From an uncultured Gemmatimonadaceae bacterium (lineage in GTDB: Bacteria; Gemmatimonadota; Gemmatimonadetes; Gemmatimonadales; Gemmatimonadaceae), in assembly GCA_963716745.1 (NCBI GenBank), contig OY970320.1, positions 2,720,001 through 2,784,000 on the forward strand: DNA of 64,000 nucleotides. The letters run 5' to 3'. Under the pieces are notes generated by a model. That model ran no database searches. It had not been told where the DNA came from and was given only the letters and a program-made list of their open reading frames with translations. Made by a program: the position numbers and the translations under genes. Below are positions 34,325 through 54,001 of this stretch, piece after piece. Within the stretch, counting starts at the first letter, position 1, and each line of letters opens with the position of its first letter.

Positions 34325-34390
34325 TTCTAGAAGGGACCGGGGCAGAAGACGTGTCCCGGCAGGAGACGGTACTCGAAGTCGGCAACTCGT

Positions 34391-34463
34391 GCGGGAGTAG
34401 CTCAGTTGGTAGAGCGCAAGCCTTCCAAGCTTGATGTCGCGGGTTCGAGCCCCGTCTCCCGCT
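34391..34463 (+). tRNA. tRNA-Gly (UCC)
   Basis: GCGGGAG/CTCCCGC, caagc-ct-TCC-aa-gcttg. Confidence 0.95.
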
Positions 34464-34502
34464 TGTGATGCGTACGAGGGTGGCAGCTGAGCAGGTGAAC
34501 TC

Positions 34503-34575
34503 GCTCGCGTAGCTCAGTTGGTAGAGCACACCCTTGGTAAGGGTGAGGTCATCGGTTCAATCCCGATCGCGAGCT
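34503..34575 (+). tRNA. tRNA-Thr (GGU)
   Basis: GCTCGCG/CGCGAGC, caccc-tt-GGT-aa-gggtg. Confidence 0.95.
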
Positions 34576-34586
34576 TGGCACGACGC

Positions 34587-34648
34587 GGGAAGCGGCAAGC
34601 GGGAAGCGCGATCGGGAGAGCGGTTTCGCTTCCCTCTTCCCGCTTCCC
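34587..34648. repeat. Heptamer-period (GGGAAGC) hairpin before tuf
   Basis: gggaagcggcaagcgggaagcg ... cgcttccctcttcccgcttccc. Confidence 0.7.
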
Positions 34649-34685
34649 TGTAACATGGGACTTTCAACTACTAGGGATCTAGAAG

Positions 34686-35879
<1,194 letters not shown>

Positions 35880-35884
35880 CCACG

Positions 35885-35947
35885 CGGGACTCGGGACTCG
35901 GGACTGGGGCTCTCCAACTGAGCCCGAGTCCCGAGTCCCGAATCCCG
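35885..35947. repeat. Heptamer-period (GGGACTC) hairpin after tuf
   Basis: cgggactcgggactcgggactggggctc ... gagcccgagtcccgagtcccgaatcccg. Confidence 0.85.
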
Positions 35948-35970
35948 AAGACTTTCAATAGGGATCTTGA

Positions 35971-36123
35971 ATGCCCCGCGAAAAGATCATTCTGGCCTGC
36001 AACGACTGTAAGAACCGCAACTACTTCACCGACAAGAACCGCCGGACGCATCCGGAGCGGGTCGAGTGGAAGAAGTATTGCCCGCGTTGCAACACGCACA
36101 CGCTGCACAAGGAAACCAAGTGA
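35971..36123 (+). CDS. rpmG: 50S ribosomal protein L33 (Cys-containing form)
   Basis: [50 protein letters not shown] (not in the ORF track). Confidence 0.95.
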   Translation: MPREKIILACNDCKNRNYFTDKNRRTHPERVEWKKYCPRCNTHTLHKETK

Positions 36124-36356
36124 GCCTGTCCACCAGCCTCGCGTCGGTCGGCACCGCCGTGAAGGGGACGCCGGAGTTCCTGCGTGAAGTGCGCAAGGAG
36201 CTCGAGAAGGTGACGTGGCCCGACCGGGAACAGCTCCAGCAGGCAACGGTCACCATCATCATCTTCGTGCTGGTGATCGCGGCCTTCATCGCGGTCATGG
36301 ACGTCTCGCTGCAAGCGATCCTCGTGAAGGGCATCCCGAGTCTGTTCGGAGCATGA
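36120..36356 (+). CDS. secE: Preprotein translocase SecE
   Basis: [15 protein letters not shown] plus one TM helix; GTG overlaps the rpmG stop. Confidence 0.93.
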   Translation: MSLSTSLASVGTAVKGTPEFLREVRKELEKVTWPDREQLQQATVTIIIFVLVIAAFIAVMDVSLQAILVKGIPSLFGA

Positions 36357-36907
36357 ACACCGTGGAAGCACACCGGTTCTACGCCATTCAAACGACGGCG
36401 GGGCACGAGAACAAAGTGCGCTCGCTCATCCAGCGGCGGATCGATGCGGATCCGCTCCCGCCGGAGGAGCGTCCCATCCGTCAGGCGCTCGTGCCGGTAC
36501 AGGAAGTGGTGGAGATCAAGAACGGCAAGAAGGTCAACGTCGAGCGGAAGATCTATCCGGGCTACGTGCTCGTGGAGATGACGGTCGACCAGGAAACGCT
36601 GCACGCGATCAACGGCATCCAGGGCGTGATCAAGTTCGTCGGCAAGGAACGCTTCCCCCAGGCGCTGCGCCCGGAAGAGGTGAACCGCCTGCTGGGCATC
36701 GCCGACGAGCAGGAACAGGAAGAGCCGCAGGAGGAGATCCCGTTCCTCGTCGGCCAGGCCGTGGCGATCACGGAAGGACCGTTCACCGATTTCAACGGCA
36801 CGGTGGAAGAGGTCTTCCCGGATAAAGGGAAGGTCCGTGTCTCGGTCTCCTTGTTCGGACGGCCGACGAGTGTCGAGCTGGATTATTTGCAACTGAAGGG
36901 ACATTGA
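36353..36907 (+). CDS. nusG: Transcription termination/antitermination factor NusG
   Basis: GHENKV, IYPGYVLVEM, KOW GPFTDFNG, LFGRPTSVEL. Confidence 0.96.
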   Translation: MNTVEAHRFYAIQTTAGHENKVRSLIQRRIDADPLPPEERPIRQALVPVQEVVEIKNGKKVNVERKIYPGYVLVEMTVDQETLHAINGIQGVIKFVGKERFPQALRPEEVNRLLGIADEQEQEEPQEEIPFLVGQAVAITEGPFTDFNGTVEEVFPDKGKVRVSVSLFGRPTSVELDYLQLKGH

Positions 36908-36908
36908 A

Positions 36909-36990
36909 CGAGAGACTTAGACGTTAGACTGAGACGTTAGAAGGCAACGGCAACTGCAACGCTACAGCAACTGCAACCGCTACAGCAACA
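36909..36990. repeat. Tandem heptamer (AGACGTT-like) and hexamer (GCAACn) repeats
   Basis: gagacttagacgttagactgagacgttagaaggcaacggcaactgcaacgctacagcaactgcaac. Confidence 0.7.
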
Positions 36991-37145
36991 CGGCGTTCGT
37001 TCTCGCGCCGCCGGGCAGAGTGCTTCGCCTGGCCGTCGGGTACCACGACGACGTAAAACCGAACTGTGGGAGTTCACCGCGCGGCGGTGATCGTGCTGGT
37101 GCATCGGCGCCAGTTGGTCTGCCGCGGTAACGCTAGGGATGGAGC

Positions 37146-37571
37146 ATGGCAAAGAAGGCGACGGGCTTCGTCAAGCTGCAGGTCGTCGCCGGACGCGCGA
37201 ATCCCGCGCCTCCGGTCGGCACCGCGCTGGGGCCCCACGGCATCAACATCATGGCGTTCTGTAAAGAGTTCAACGCCAGGACGCAGTCCCAGGATGGCAT
37301 GATCCTCCCCGTGGAGGTCACCATCTTCTCGGACAAATCGTTCACGTTCATCCTCAAGACCCCGCCGGCGGCGATCCTCCTCAAGAAGGAAGCCGGCATC
37401 GAGAAGGGCTCGGGCGTTCCCAACCGCAACAAGGTCGGGAAGGTCACCCGCGCCCAAGTGCGCAAGATCGCGGAGATCAAGCTGCCCGACCTCAACACGG
37501 ACAACATCGATTCCGCGATGGCGATGATCGCCGGCGCGGCGCGCTCGATGGGGATCGAGGTGGAAGGCTAA
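37146..37571 (+). CDS. rplK: 50S ribosomal protein L11
   Basis: [24 protein letters not shown]. Confidence 0.98.
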   Translation: MAKKATGFVKLQVVAGRANPAPPVGTALGPHGINIMAFCKEFNARTQSQDGMILPVEVTIFSDKSFTFILKTPPAAILLKKEAGIEKGSGVPNRNKVGKVTRAQVRKIAEIKLPDLNTDNIDSAMAMIAGAARSMGIEVEG

Positions 37572-38263
37572 TGGCGCACACTCACGGCAAGAAATACCGG
37601 AGCGCCGCCGAGAAGCGCGAGCTCGCCAAGGGCTACGCGCCCAAGCAGGCGATCGACATCGTGAAGGGCGGCGCCTTCGCCAAGTTCGATGAAACAGTCG
37701 AGATCGCGGTGCGACTCGGCGTCGATCCGCGCCACGCCGACCAGGTCGTGCGCGGCACGGTGGTCCTCCCCGCCGGCACCGGCAAAACGGTGCGCGTCGC
37801 GGTGATCGCCGTCGGCGAGAAGGCGCGTGAAGCGGAAGCCGCCGGAGCCGATTTCGTCGGCCCCGAGCTGCTGCCGAAGATCAAGGAAGGCTGGATGGAA
37901 TTCGATGTGCTCATCGCCACGCCCGACCAGATGGGTCAGGTCGGCCAGCTGGGACGCGTGCTCGGTCCCCGCGGGCTCATGCCGAACCCGAAGGCCGGCA
38001 CGGTCACGATGGATGTGACGCGCGCGGTGAAGGAAGTGAAGGGCGGCAAGATCGAGTTCCGCGTGGACAAGAGCGGCAACGTCCACGCGCCGATCGGCAA
38101 AGTGTCGTTCAGCGCCGACGCGCTCAACGAGAATTTCACGGCGTTCATGGACCAGATCATGCGCGCGAAGCCCGCGGCCTCGAAGGGCGTTTACGTCCGG
38201 AACGTCGCGGTCTCCAGCACGATGGGACCCGGCGTCACGATCGACACCACTCCGTACCGGTAA
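37571..38263 (+). CDS. rplA: 50S ribosomal protein L1
   Basis: [34 protein letters not shown]. Confidence 0.98.
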   Translation: MAHTHGKKYRSAAEKRELAKGYAPKQAIDIVKGGAFAKFDETVEIAVRLGVDPRHADQVVRGTVVLPAGTGKTVRVAVIAVGEKAREAEAAGADFVGPELLPKIKEGWMEFDVLIATPDQMGQVGQLGRVLGPRGLMPNPKAGTVTMDVTRAVKEVKGGKIEFRVDKSGNVHAPIGKVSFSADALNENFTAFMDQIMRAKPAASKGVYVRNVAVSSTMGPGVTIDTTPYR

Positions 38264-38269
38264 CCGACC

Positions 38270-38788
38270 ATGAATCGCACGGAGAAAGAGCAGCTCCAGT
38301 CCGAGCTGACCGAGAAGATCAAGGGCGCGAAGGCCTTCTACTATACTGATTTCACGGGCCTGAACGTCAAATCCATGACGGACCTCCGCCGCCGGTTCCG
38401 CCGCGCGGGCGTCGAGTACGTCGTGATCAAGAACTCGCTGGCGCTGCGCTCGGTGAAGGAGATCGGGCTCACGGCGCAGGCGCTGAAGGGCCCGACCGGC
38501 ATCGTCATCGGGAAGGATCCGGTGGCCGCCGCGAAGGTGCTCGCGGATTTCGCGAAGGAACACGAGCAGAAGCCGTCGGTGAAGGGCGGCATGCTCGATG
38601 GCAAGCAGATCGGCGTGGCCGAAGTGAAGAAGCTCGCGACGCTCCCCTCACGGGAGCAGATGCTGGCCGAACTGGCTGCCGGACTGCAGTCGCCGCTCGC
38701 AGCGTTCGCGGGTGCGATGAACGGAATGCTCACGATGATGGTCGGTGCACTCGAGGCCCTGCGCACGCAGCGCGAAGGCTCGAACTAA
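38270..38788 (+). CDS. rplJ: 50S ribosomal protein L10
   Basis: [24 protein letters not shown]. Confidence 0.96.
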   Translation: MNRTEKEQLQSELTEKIKGAKAFYYTDFTGLNVKSMTDLRRRFRRAGVEYVVIKNSLALRSVKEIGLTAQALKGPTGIVIGKDPVAAAKVLADFAKEHEQKPSVKGGMLDGKQIGVAEVKKLATLPSREQMLAELAAGLQSPLAAFAGAMNGMLTMMVGALEALRTQREGSN

Positions 38789-38855
38789 TCCAGGCGGATC
38801 GCCTGACTTTTCACGCCCCAGGACGACGCCTGGGCTACGCTCTAGGAGAATCACA

Positions 38856-39251
38856 ATGGCACACACGAAGCTGAGCAACGACGAGATCCTCGAATCGATC
38901 GGTAACCTGTCGGTGTTCGAACTCGCCGAGCTCATCGAGGCGTTCAAGACCAAGTTCAACGTGACGATCTCGGCCGCTCCGGCGGCCGCGGCGCCCGCGG
39001 CCGGCGGTGGCGCCGGTGCGGCGGCGGCGAAGGAAGAGCAGACGGAGTTCACGCTCATGCTCAAGGACGCCGGCGCGAAGAAGATCCAGGTCATCAAGGT
39101 CGTGCGCGAGCTCACGGGTCTCGGACTCAAGGAAGCGAAGGACCTCGTCGATGGCGCCCCGAGCACGGTGAAGGCCGCCGTGACGAAGGACGAAGCGGCA
39201 GCGATGAAGGCCAAGCTCGAAGAGCAGGGCGCGACGGTCGAGGTCAAGTAA
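38856..39251 (+). CDS. rplL: 50S ribosomal protein L7/L12
   Basis: Ala-rich hinge, [24 protein letters not shown]. Confidence 0.98.
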   Translation: MAHTKLSNDEILESIGNLSVFELAELIEAFKTKFNVTISAAPAAAAPAAGGGAGAAAAKEEQTEFTLMLKDAGAKKIQVIKVVRELTGLGLKEAKDLVDGAPSTVKAAVTKDEAAAMKAKLEEQGATVEVK

Positions 39252-39396
39252 CGACCACGGGACCCGGGCGGGGATCCTCCCGCCCGGGAACTGCCGTGAG
39301 GCAAGCCGGTTCCACCGGCCCCCGCCTCCGGTCGACACTTGATCCCGGCACGAATGGCTCTTCACCACGTTCTGTTGCACACAATCAGTTCAGTCG

Positions 39397-39451
39397 GGCC
39401 CTCCACCCCGTTCCCGCGAAATCCTTCGCGGATCCGGGGAGGGGCTCTTTC
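39397..39451 (+). terminator. Possible attenuator hairpin in the rplL-rpoB spacer
   Basis: gggccctccaccccg...cgcgaaatccttcgcg...ccggggaggggctc followed by TTT. Confidence 0.4.
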
Positions 39452-39470
39452 GTCTGCGCGCGAGTAATCC

Positions 39471-44102
<4,632 letters not shown>

Positions 44103-44105
44103 ACC

Positions 44106-48431
<4,326 letters not shown>

Positions 48432-48453
48432 TTCTTCGCGCCGAGCGAGAATC

Positions 48454-48493
48454 GAACGGCCCGCGGGAATCTCCCGCGGGCCGTTCTGCTTTC
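48454..48493 (+). terminator. Intrinsic terminator after rpoC
   Basis: gaacggcccgcggga-atc-tcccgcgggccgttc followed by tgctttc. Confidence 0.8.
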
Positions 48494-48498
48494 TACTC

Positions 48499-48673
48499 CG
48501 TGAGTCGCACCCCCAACTCCGTACTTGGTCACCCGGACTCCGCGTGTGGCGCCTGACGTGTGGTACCCGCGAAAGCGGGGCTGGTACGAACCCCGCCGTC
48601 CGTGCAGTACCACACGTCATACGCCACACGCGGCGTTCGGGTGACCAATGCGGAGTTCGGGGTGCCGCTCGCG
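48499..48673. repeat. Palindromic element B (same family as element A)
   Basis: cgtgagtcgcacccccaactccgtacttggtcacccgg...gtgtggtac pairs with gtaccacacgtca...gttcgggtgaccaatgcggagttcggggtgccgctcgcg. Confidence 0.8.
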
Positions 48674-48684
48674 CCCCTCAGTAG

Positions 48685-50560
48685 TCATGCCGGCTCAATC
48701 GAGTCGAGGATCAATGGATGTCCTCATACTCCGCTGGTTTCACCAGATGATGATTGAACCCGGCTTCGCGCGAGATCCGGCTGTCGCGCTCCTGCCCGTA
48801 TCCCGTCACCGCGACGAGGATCGTGTGCTTGAGCTCGGGGAGCTGGCGCATGCGCCGCGCCACTTCGTGGCCGCTCATCCCCGGCAAGCCGATGTCCAGC
48901 AGCACGGCGTGGGGCAGGTAGTCGAGCGCCACCTGCAGCGCGCTCGCGCCGTCGTACGCGGTGCGCACATCGTGCCCCGCTGTCGCGCAGGATGAGTCGC
49001 GGTGCTCTCGCGCCATGTCCACATCATCATCCACCACGAGCACGCGGACATGCTTGCGCGCCGGCTCGAGTCGCGCCGCTCACGCTGGCGCGCTGGCTTG
49101 CGCCGCGGGCGTCCGACTCGACCGGCAGACGCACGACGAACTCGCTGCCTTGCCCACACGCACTGTAGCGCCTCGACCGTCCCCCCGTGCATTTCCACCA
49201 GCCGTTGCACCAGACGCACAGCCCGATGCCCAGCCCGCCTTGCGAGCGGTCGGGCGACCGTTCCGCCTGCGTGAACAGGTCGAAGATGCGCGGCAGCAGT
49301 TCGGGGGCGATGCCGACGCCCGTATCCCGCACGCTCGACCACGCACTCCTCGTGCTCCTGCCGCACGGTCAGCCAGATGTGGCCGCCTTCGTCGGTGTAC
49401 TTGGCGGCGTTGGTGAGCAGGTTCACCACCACCTGTTCCAGCCGGCGGCGTCGGCGTGCAGCCAGATCGGTTGCGGTCGGCAGCGACACCGTGAGCTCAT
49501 GCCTGCGTTGTTCGATCAGCGGGCGGACCGTCTCCACCGCACGTTCCACGATGCCGCTCACGGCGACCCGTTCCTGGCGCAGCTGGATCCTGCCGGTGGT
49601 GATGCGGGAGACTTCCAGCAGGTCATCGACGAGATGCGTCAGTTGCCCCACCTGACGCTCGATGATGCGTGCGGGCTTGCTGCTGGATCGGGTTCTCGCT
49701 CGCTTCTGGAGCCGGAGCAGATGCACGGCGTTGAGGATGGGGGCGAGGGGTTGCGAAGTTCGTGGACTGAGCATCGCCAGGAACTCGTCCTTGCGGCGGT
49801 GCAGGTCGGCCAACGCCGCCGCCTGCTCCTGCGTCTGTCCGCTCCAAGCGGCTGCGTTCGCTGATGTCCCGGATGTTGCACTGGGCGACGTGCCGCTGGT
49901 CCACCTGATAGACGTTGCTGACGAACTCGACTTCGACCTGCTCGCCGCTCTTGGTTTCGAGCGGCAGGTGGTCGTAGCGGATGTAGCCCTTCTCTTGCAG
50001 TTCTCGGTAGGCGGCTTCGTTCGCCGCCTTGTCTCCGAACAGGCCGATCTCCCAGAGTTCCTTGCCCAGGAACTCGTCGTGCGCGTAGCCCAGCAGTCCG
50101 TCATGAACGGGTTGGCGTCGATGATCTTCCCGGTGTCGGCGTCGAGGATCAGGATGCCGTCCTTGGCCGTCTGGAACAGCCGCCGATACCGGACTTCGGA
50201 GTCTGCATCGGCGACTTCCGCCCGCCTGCGTTCGGTGATGTCCTCGATGGCAAGCAGGATCAGTTCCGGCTGGCTGTCGGCGACGACTCGAAGCGGCGGG
50301 CGTTGAGCAGCATGACCTTCGCCCGATCGCCGGGAAGTCGTGTTCGACCTCGAAGTCGTGGAACGGACTGCTTCTGCGGCAGGACTTCCTCCAGCAGCGT
50401 CCGCAGGCGCGGGATGTCCCACTGGCCGGTTGCCCAGGTCGTAGACGAAGCGGCCTTCCGTCTCCTCCTTCGAGACGTGGAACGTCTCGTAGAAGGCGGC
50501 GTTCGCCGTCTGGACCCGCAGGCTCTTGTCGAGGACGAGGAACGGCTCGCGCGTGCGGGC
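48685..50560 (-). pseudogene. 5'-truncated, heavily frameshifted PAS-PAS-histidine kinase-receiver hybrid
   Basis: QWDIPRLRTLLEEVLP PAS, YRRLFQTAKDGILILDA, RKDEFLAMLxHELRNP, NLLTNAAKYT, RDTGVGI, LLDIGLPGMSG; no start, begins at the edge of element C. Confidence 0.75.
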
Positions 50561-50580
50561 ATACTGGCGTACGCGAGCGA

Positions 50581-50671
50581 CCGCGTGGCGCTGCGTTTAC
50601 GACACGGATGATGTGACGCCACGCGGGAGTTCGGGTGACGTCACGTACGGAGTTCAGGGTGCGACTCACGC
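50581..50671. repeat. Palindromic element C (inner hairpin plus right arm only)
   Basis: ccgcgtggcg...cgccacgcgg, then gagttcgggtgacgtcacgtacggagttcagggtgcgactcacgc. Confidence 0.75.
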
Positions 50672-50707
50672 AATTCGGGGATTAGCTTGTGGAATAGGAG
50701 GTAGCGT

Positions 50708-51409
50708 ATGCCCGAAGAAATGAAGATCGTGATCCGCAAGGATTCTTCTCTCCTCGTCACCGGCGAAGTTCCGCTGGCCATTCAGATCATCGTCCCCAAC
50801 GAGGACGGCCTCTCCTGGCAATGGAAGGAAGGCCACAAGTTCGAGGACAAGCCCAAGTATTCCCTCTGCCGCTGCGGCCATTCCAAGAACAAGCCGTACT
50901 GCGACACGTCGCACAAGGAATTCGGCTTCGACGGCACCGAGACCGCCGACCGCACGCCGATCTCGGAAAAGTCCGAAGTGTTCGACGGCCCCGAGCTGAG
51001 ACTCGAAGACGATGAGGACCTCTGCGCCTTCGCGCGATTCTGCGATCCGGGCGGCAAGATCTGGTCGCTCATGGAGAACACCGGCGATCCCAAAGTGCGC
51101 GACCTCGCGATCCGTGAAGCAATGCATTGTCCCGCCGGCCGCCTCGTGATGGTGGACAAGGCGAAGGACGAAGCGCTCGAGCCCGATCTCCCGCCGTCCA
51201 TCGGCGTCGTCGAAGACCCCGTGCTCGGCGCCAGCGGCCCGCTCTGGGTGCGCGGCGGCATTCCCATTGAATCGCACGACGGCACCAAGTACGAAGTGCG
51301 CAATCGCGTGACCCTCTGCCGCTGCGGCGCCTCGCAGAACAAACCGTTCTGCAACGGCAGCCACGCGACCATCAAGTTCAAGGACGGCTTCCTGACGGAA
51401 AAGGCGTGA
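50708..51409 (+). CDS. CDGSH iron-sulfur domain protein (two CDGSH motifs around a central Fe-S-like domain)
   Basis: LCRCGHSKNKPYCDTSH, CAFARFC...CPAGRL, LCRCGASQNKPFCNGSH. Confidence 0.92.
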   Translation: MPEEMKIVIRKDSSLLVTGEVPLAIQIIVPNEDGLSWQWKEGHKFEDKPKYSLCRCGHSKNKPYCDTSHKEFGFDGTETADRTPISEKSEVFDGPELRLEDDEDLCAFARFCDPGGKIWSLMENTGDPKVRDLAIREAMHCPAGRLVMVDKAKDEALEPDLPPSIGVVEDPVLGASGPLWVRGGIPIESHDGTKYEVRNRVTLCRCGASQNKPFCNGSHATIKFKDGFLTEKA

Positions 51410-51846
51410 CGCTACGTCGAGCCGTCGCGCGAAGCACAGTACAAGCTGATGGACGAAGCGCGCACCATCGCGATGGTCGGCGCGTCGTCCAATCAGGAGC
51501 GCGACTCGTACCACATCTTCGGCCGCCTGCTCAAAGTCGGCTACCACGTGATCCCGGTGAACCCGCGCGAAACGGTCGTACTCGGCCAGAAGGCGTACGC
51601 GATCGCTCGAGGACATCCCCGAGAAGGTGGATATCGTCGACGTGTTCCGGAAAGCCGAGGAGACTCCCGCGATCGCCGAGAGCGCCGTGAAGATCGGCGC
51701 GAAAGCGCTCTGGCTGCAGCAGGGGATCGCGAATGACGAGGCGGCCCGGATCGCCACCGAAGGCGGCCTTACTATAGTAATGGACAAATGCCTCGCGCAC
51801 CGCGCACACCCTGCTCGGCGTCCCGAAGCGCGACCGAACCACCTGA
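51406..51846 (+). CDS. CoA-binding protein (YccU-like), frameshifted
   Basis: TIAMVGAS, GYHVIPVNP, VDIVDVFR, LWLQQGI, VMDKC. Confidence 0.85.
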
Positions 51847-51856
51847 GGCGTCGCCC

Positions 51857-52319
51857 ATGGAGTGGTTCATCAAGGCGTTCATCCGCGCGAGCCTGCTCTG
51901 GTTCACCCTCGGCATCGCGCTCGGCGTCGCGATGAGCGCGCATCCTGGAGTGGGTGGTGTATCGCCCGGCGCACGCGCACATGAATGTCGTGGGCTTCCT
52001 GACGATGATGCTGTTCGGTGTGGGCTATCAATTGTTGCCGCGGTTGTTCGGTGGTCCGCTCTGGAGTGCGAAGCTTGCGATCGCGCATCTGTGGCTCGCG
52101 AACCTCGGACTCGCCGGCATGGTCGCCGGCTGGATGCTCGCGCCGCACATCGGCGCGGCGGGCAGCATGATCACCACCGTCGGCGGCTCGTTGTTCACGC
52201 TCGGCGCGGTGCTCTTCGTGATCAACTTGTGGCAGACATTCGACTCCGCCGACGCGCGCCACCGTCCACCGCCCGGCGCCGCCGCCCCGCCGCGCAAGCT
52301 GCCCACTATCGGGGAATGA
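51857..52319 (+). CDS. Small membrane protein resembling a heme-copper oxidase (cbb3 subunit I) fragment, frameshifted
   Basis: MEWFIKAFIRASLLW...YRPAHAHMNVVGF...G.GYQLLPR...HLWLANLG. Confidence 0.7.
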
Positions 52320-52867
52320 CCGTTTACACGATCGGGCACAGCACGCGTTCGATCGAGGAGTTCGTGGCTCTGTTGAAGCAGGTGGACGTCACACTCTTGG
52401 TGGACGTGCGCTCCATCCCGCGATCGCGCGCCGTGCCGCAATTCAACGGCGACGCATTGCCTGTCTCGCTCGCCGAGCACGGCATTGCGTACCAGCACCT
52501 CGCCGCACTCGGCGGCCGCCGCCATCACAAGAAAGGCGCGCCGCGTTCGCTCAACACCTATTGGAAGGTGGACGCCTTCCGCAATTACGCCGACTACGCC
52601 GAGACCGCCGAATTCCGCGCGGGCCTCGCCGAGCTGCGCACGCTCGCTGCAACTCAGCGCACCGCCATCATGTGCGCCGAAGCAGTCTGGTGGCGCTGCC
52701 ACCGCCGCATCATCACCGACTACCTCCTCGCCGCCGGCGACCAGGTGCAGCACATTATGGGGCAGGGCAGCGTTGTGCCCGCGTCACTGACCCCGGGCGC
52801 CGAGCCACTTCCGAACGGAGCGATTCGATATCCAGGCCCACCCGAACTATCTCTCGAAAGCTCCTAA
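52316..52867 (+). CDS. DUF488 family protein
   Basis: YTIGHSTR, LVDVRSIP, LGGRR, MCAEAVWWRCHRRII. Confidence 0.9.
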   Translation: MTVYTIGHSTRSIEEFVALLKQVDVTLLVDVRSIPRSRAVPQFNGDALPVSLAEHGIAYQHLAALGGRRHHKKGAPRSLNTYWKVDAFRNYADYAETAEFRAGLAELRTLAATQRTAIMCAEAVWWRCHRRIITDYLLAAGDQVQHIMGQGSVVPASLTPGAEPLPNGAIRYPGPPELSLESS

Positions 52868-52878
52868 CGCGTGGTTCT

Positions 52879-52917
52879 CGAATCCCGCGGCGAGTCCCGA
52901 GCCCCGCGTCCCGAACA
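52879..52917 (+). repeat. 39-bp direct repeat, copy 1 (upstream of nirK)
   Basis: cgaatcccgcggcgagtcccgagccccgcgtcccgaaca, identical at 53959-53997. Confidence 0.9.
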
Positions 52918-52927
52918 AGGATCAAGC

Positions 52928-53943
52928 ATGAGCCCCACAATTCGCACAACACTCTGCGTCGCCAGCGGACTCGTACTCGCCGCATGCTCGCAGCCCCCGA
53001 AGCCGCCAGTCGCCGAACAGCAGACCGCCGCTCCCACGTCGACCCCCGCGAATGTCTCGCACGGCGAGGCCGCCGTCGGCAACGCCGCAACGCCTCCGCC
53101 CGTCGATCCGAACGCTCCGCCTCCGGCCAAGTCGAAGCTCGTGCGCGTGCGCATCGAGATCAAGAACGCGCAGCTGACGCTCGATTCCGGCGTGGTGTAC
53201 GACGGCTGGACGTTCGACGGCCGGAGTCCCGGCCCGGTGATCCGCGCGACGCAGGGCGACACCGTGGACTTCACGCTCGTGAACAAGGCGCCGATGCCGC
53301 ACAGCATGGATTTCCACGCGGCCGAGATCGCGCCGAGCAAGTATTACACGAACGTGATGCCGAACGATTCCATTCATTACAGGTTCGTCGCTCACGTGCC
53401 GGGCGCGTTCTTGTATCACTGCGGCACCGCGCCGGTGGCCGCGCACATCGCGAACGGCATGGTGGGCGCGATCATCGTCGATCCCGCGCAGCCGCGCCCG
53501 GCCGCGCGCGAGTTCGTCTTCGTGCAGAGCGAATTCTACGCCGCGCCGCCGGCCGCGCCGGGCGGCATGCACTCGCTGGACTGGGAGAAGGTGCTGAACC
53601 AGGCGCCCGACTACGTGGTCTTCAACGGCCGCGTGGCGCAGTACGCGAAGCACCCGATCAAGGTGCCCGTGGGCGCGTTGCTGCGGTTGTATGTCGTGAA
53701 TGCCGGCCCGAACCGCGATCTCATCGTTCCATATCGTGGGCGCGATCTTCGAGAAGGCATATCCTCGACGGCAGCACCACCAATCCGCTCCAGGGTGTGC
53801 AGACCGTGAACGTCCCCGTCGGCGGCGGAGCGATATTCGAGGTCCGCCTAAGAGAAGCCGGCACCTACCCATTCGTGACTCACGCCTTCGCCGACGCCAC
53901 GAAGGGAGCGGTGGGAATGTTCGAAGCCGAGCCAGTAAACTGA
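52928..53943 (+). CDS. nirK: Copper-containing nitrite reductase-like lipoprotein (frameshifts near 53720 and 53760)
   Basis: Lipobox LAAC; HSMDFH, YHCGTAPVAAHIANGM, SSFHIVG, YPFVTHAF copper ligands. Confidence 0.8.
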
Positions 53944-53958
53944 CGCGCATTGGCATCC

Positions 53959-53997
53959 CGAATCCCGCGGCGAGTCCCGAGCCCCGCGTCCCGAACA
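53959..53997 (+). repeat. 39-bp direct repeat, copy 2 (downstream of nirK)
   Basis: Identical to 52879-52917. Confidence 0.9.
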
Positions 53998-54001
53998 TAG
54001 G

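Noticed and set aside
34112..34575. tRNA cluster as a prophage or island attachment site
   Set aside because: No adjacent integrase and no duplicated tRNA 3' end seen in the window
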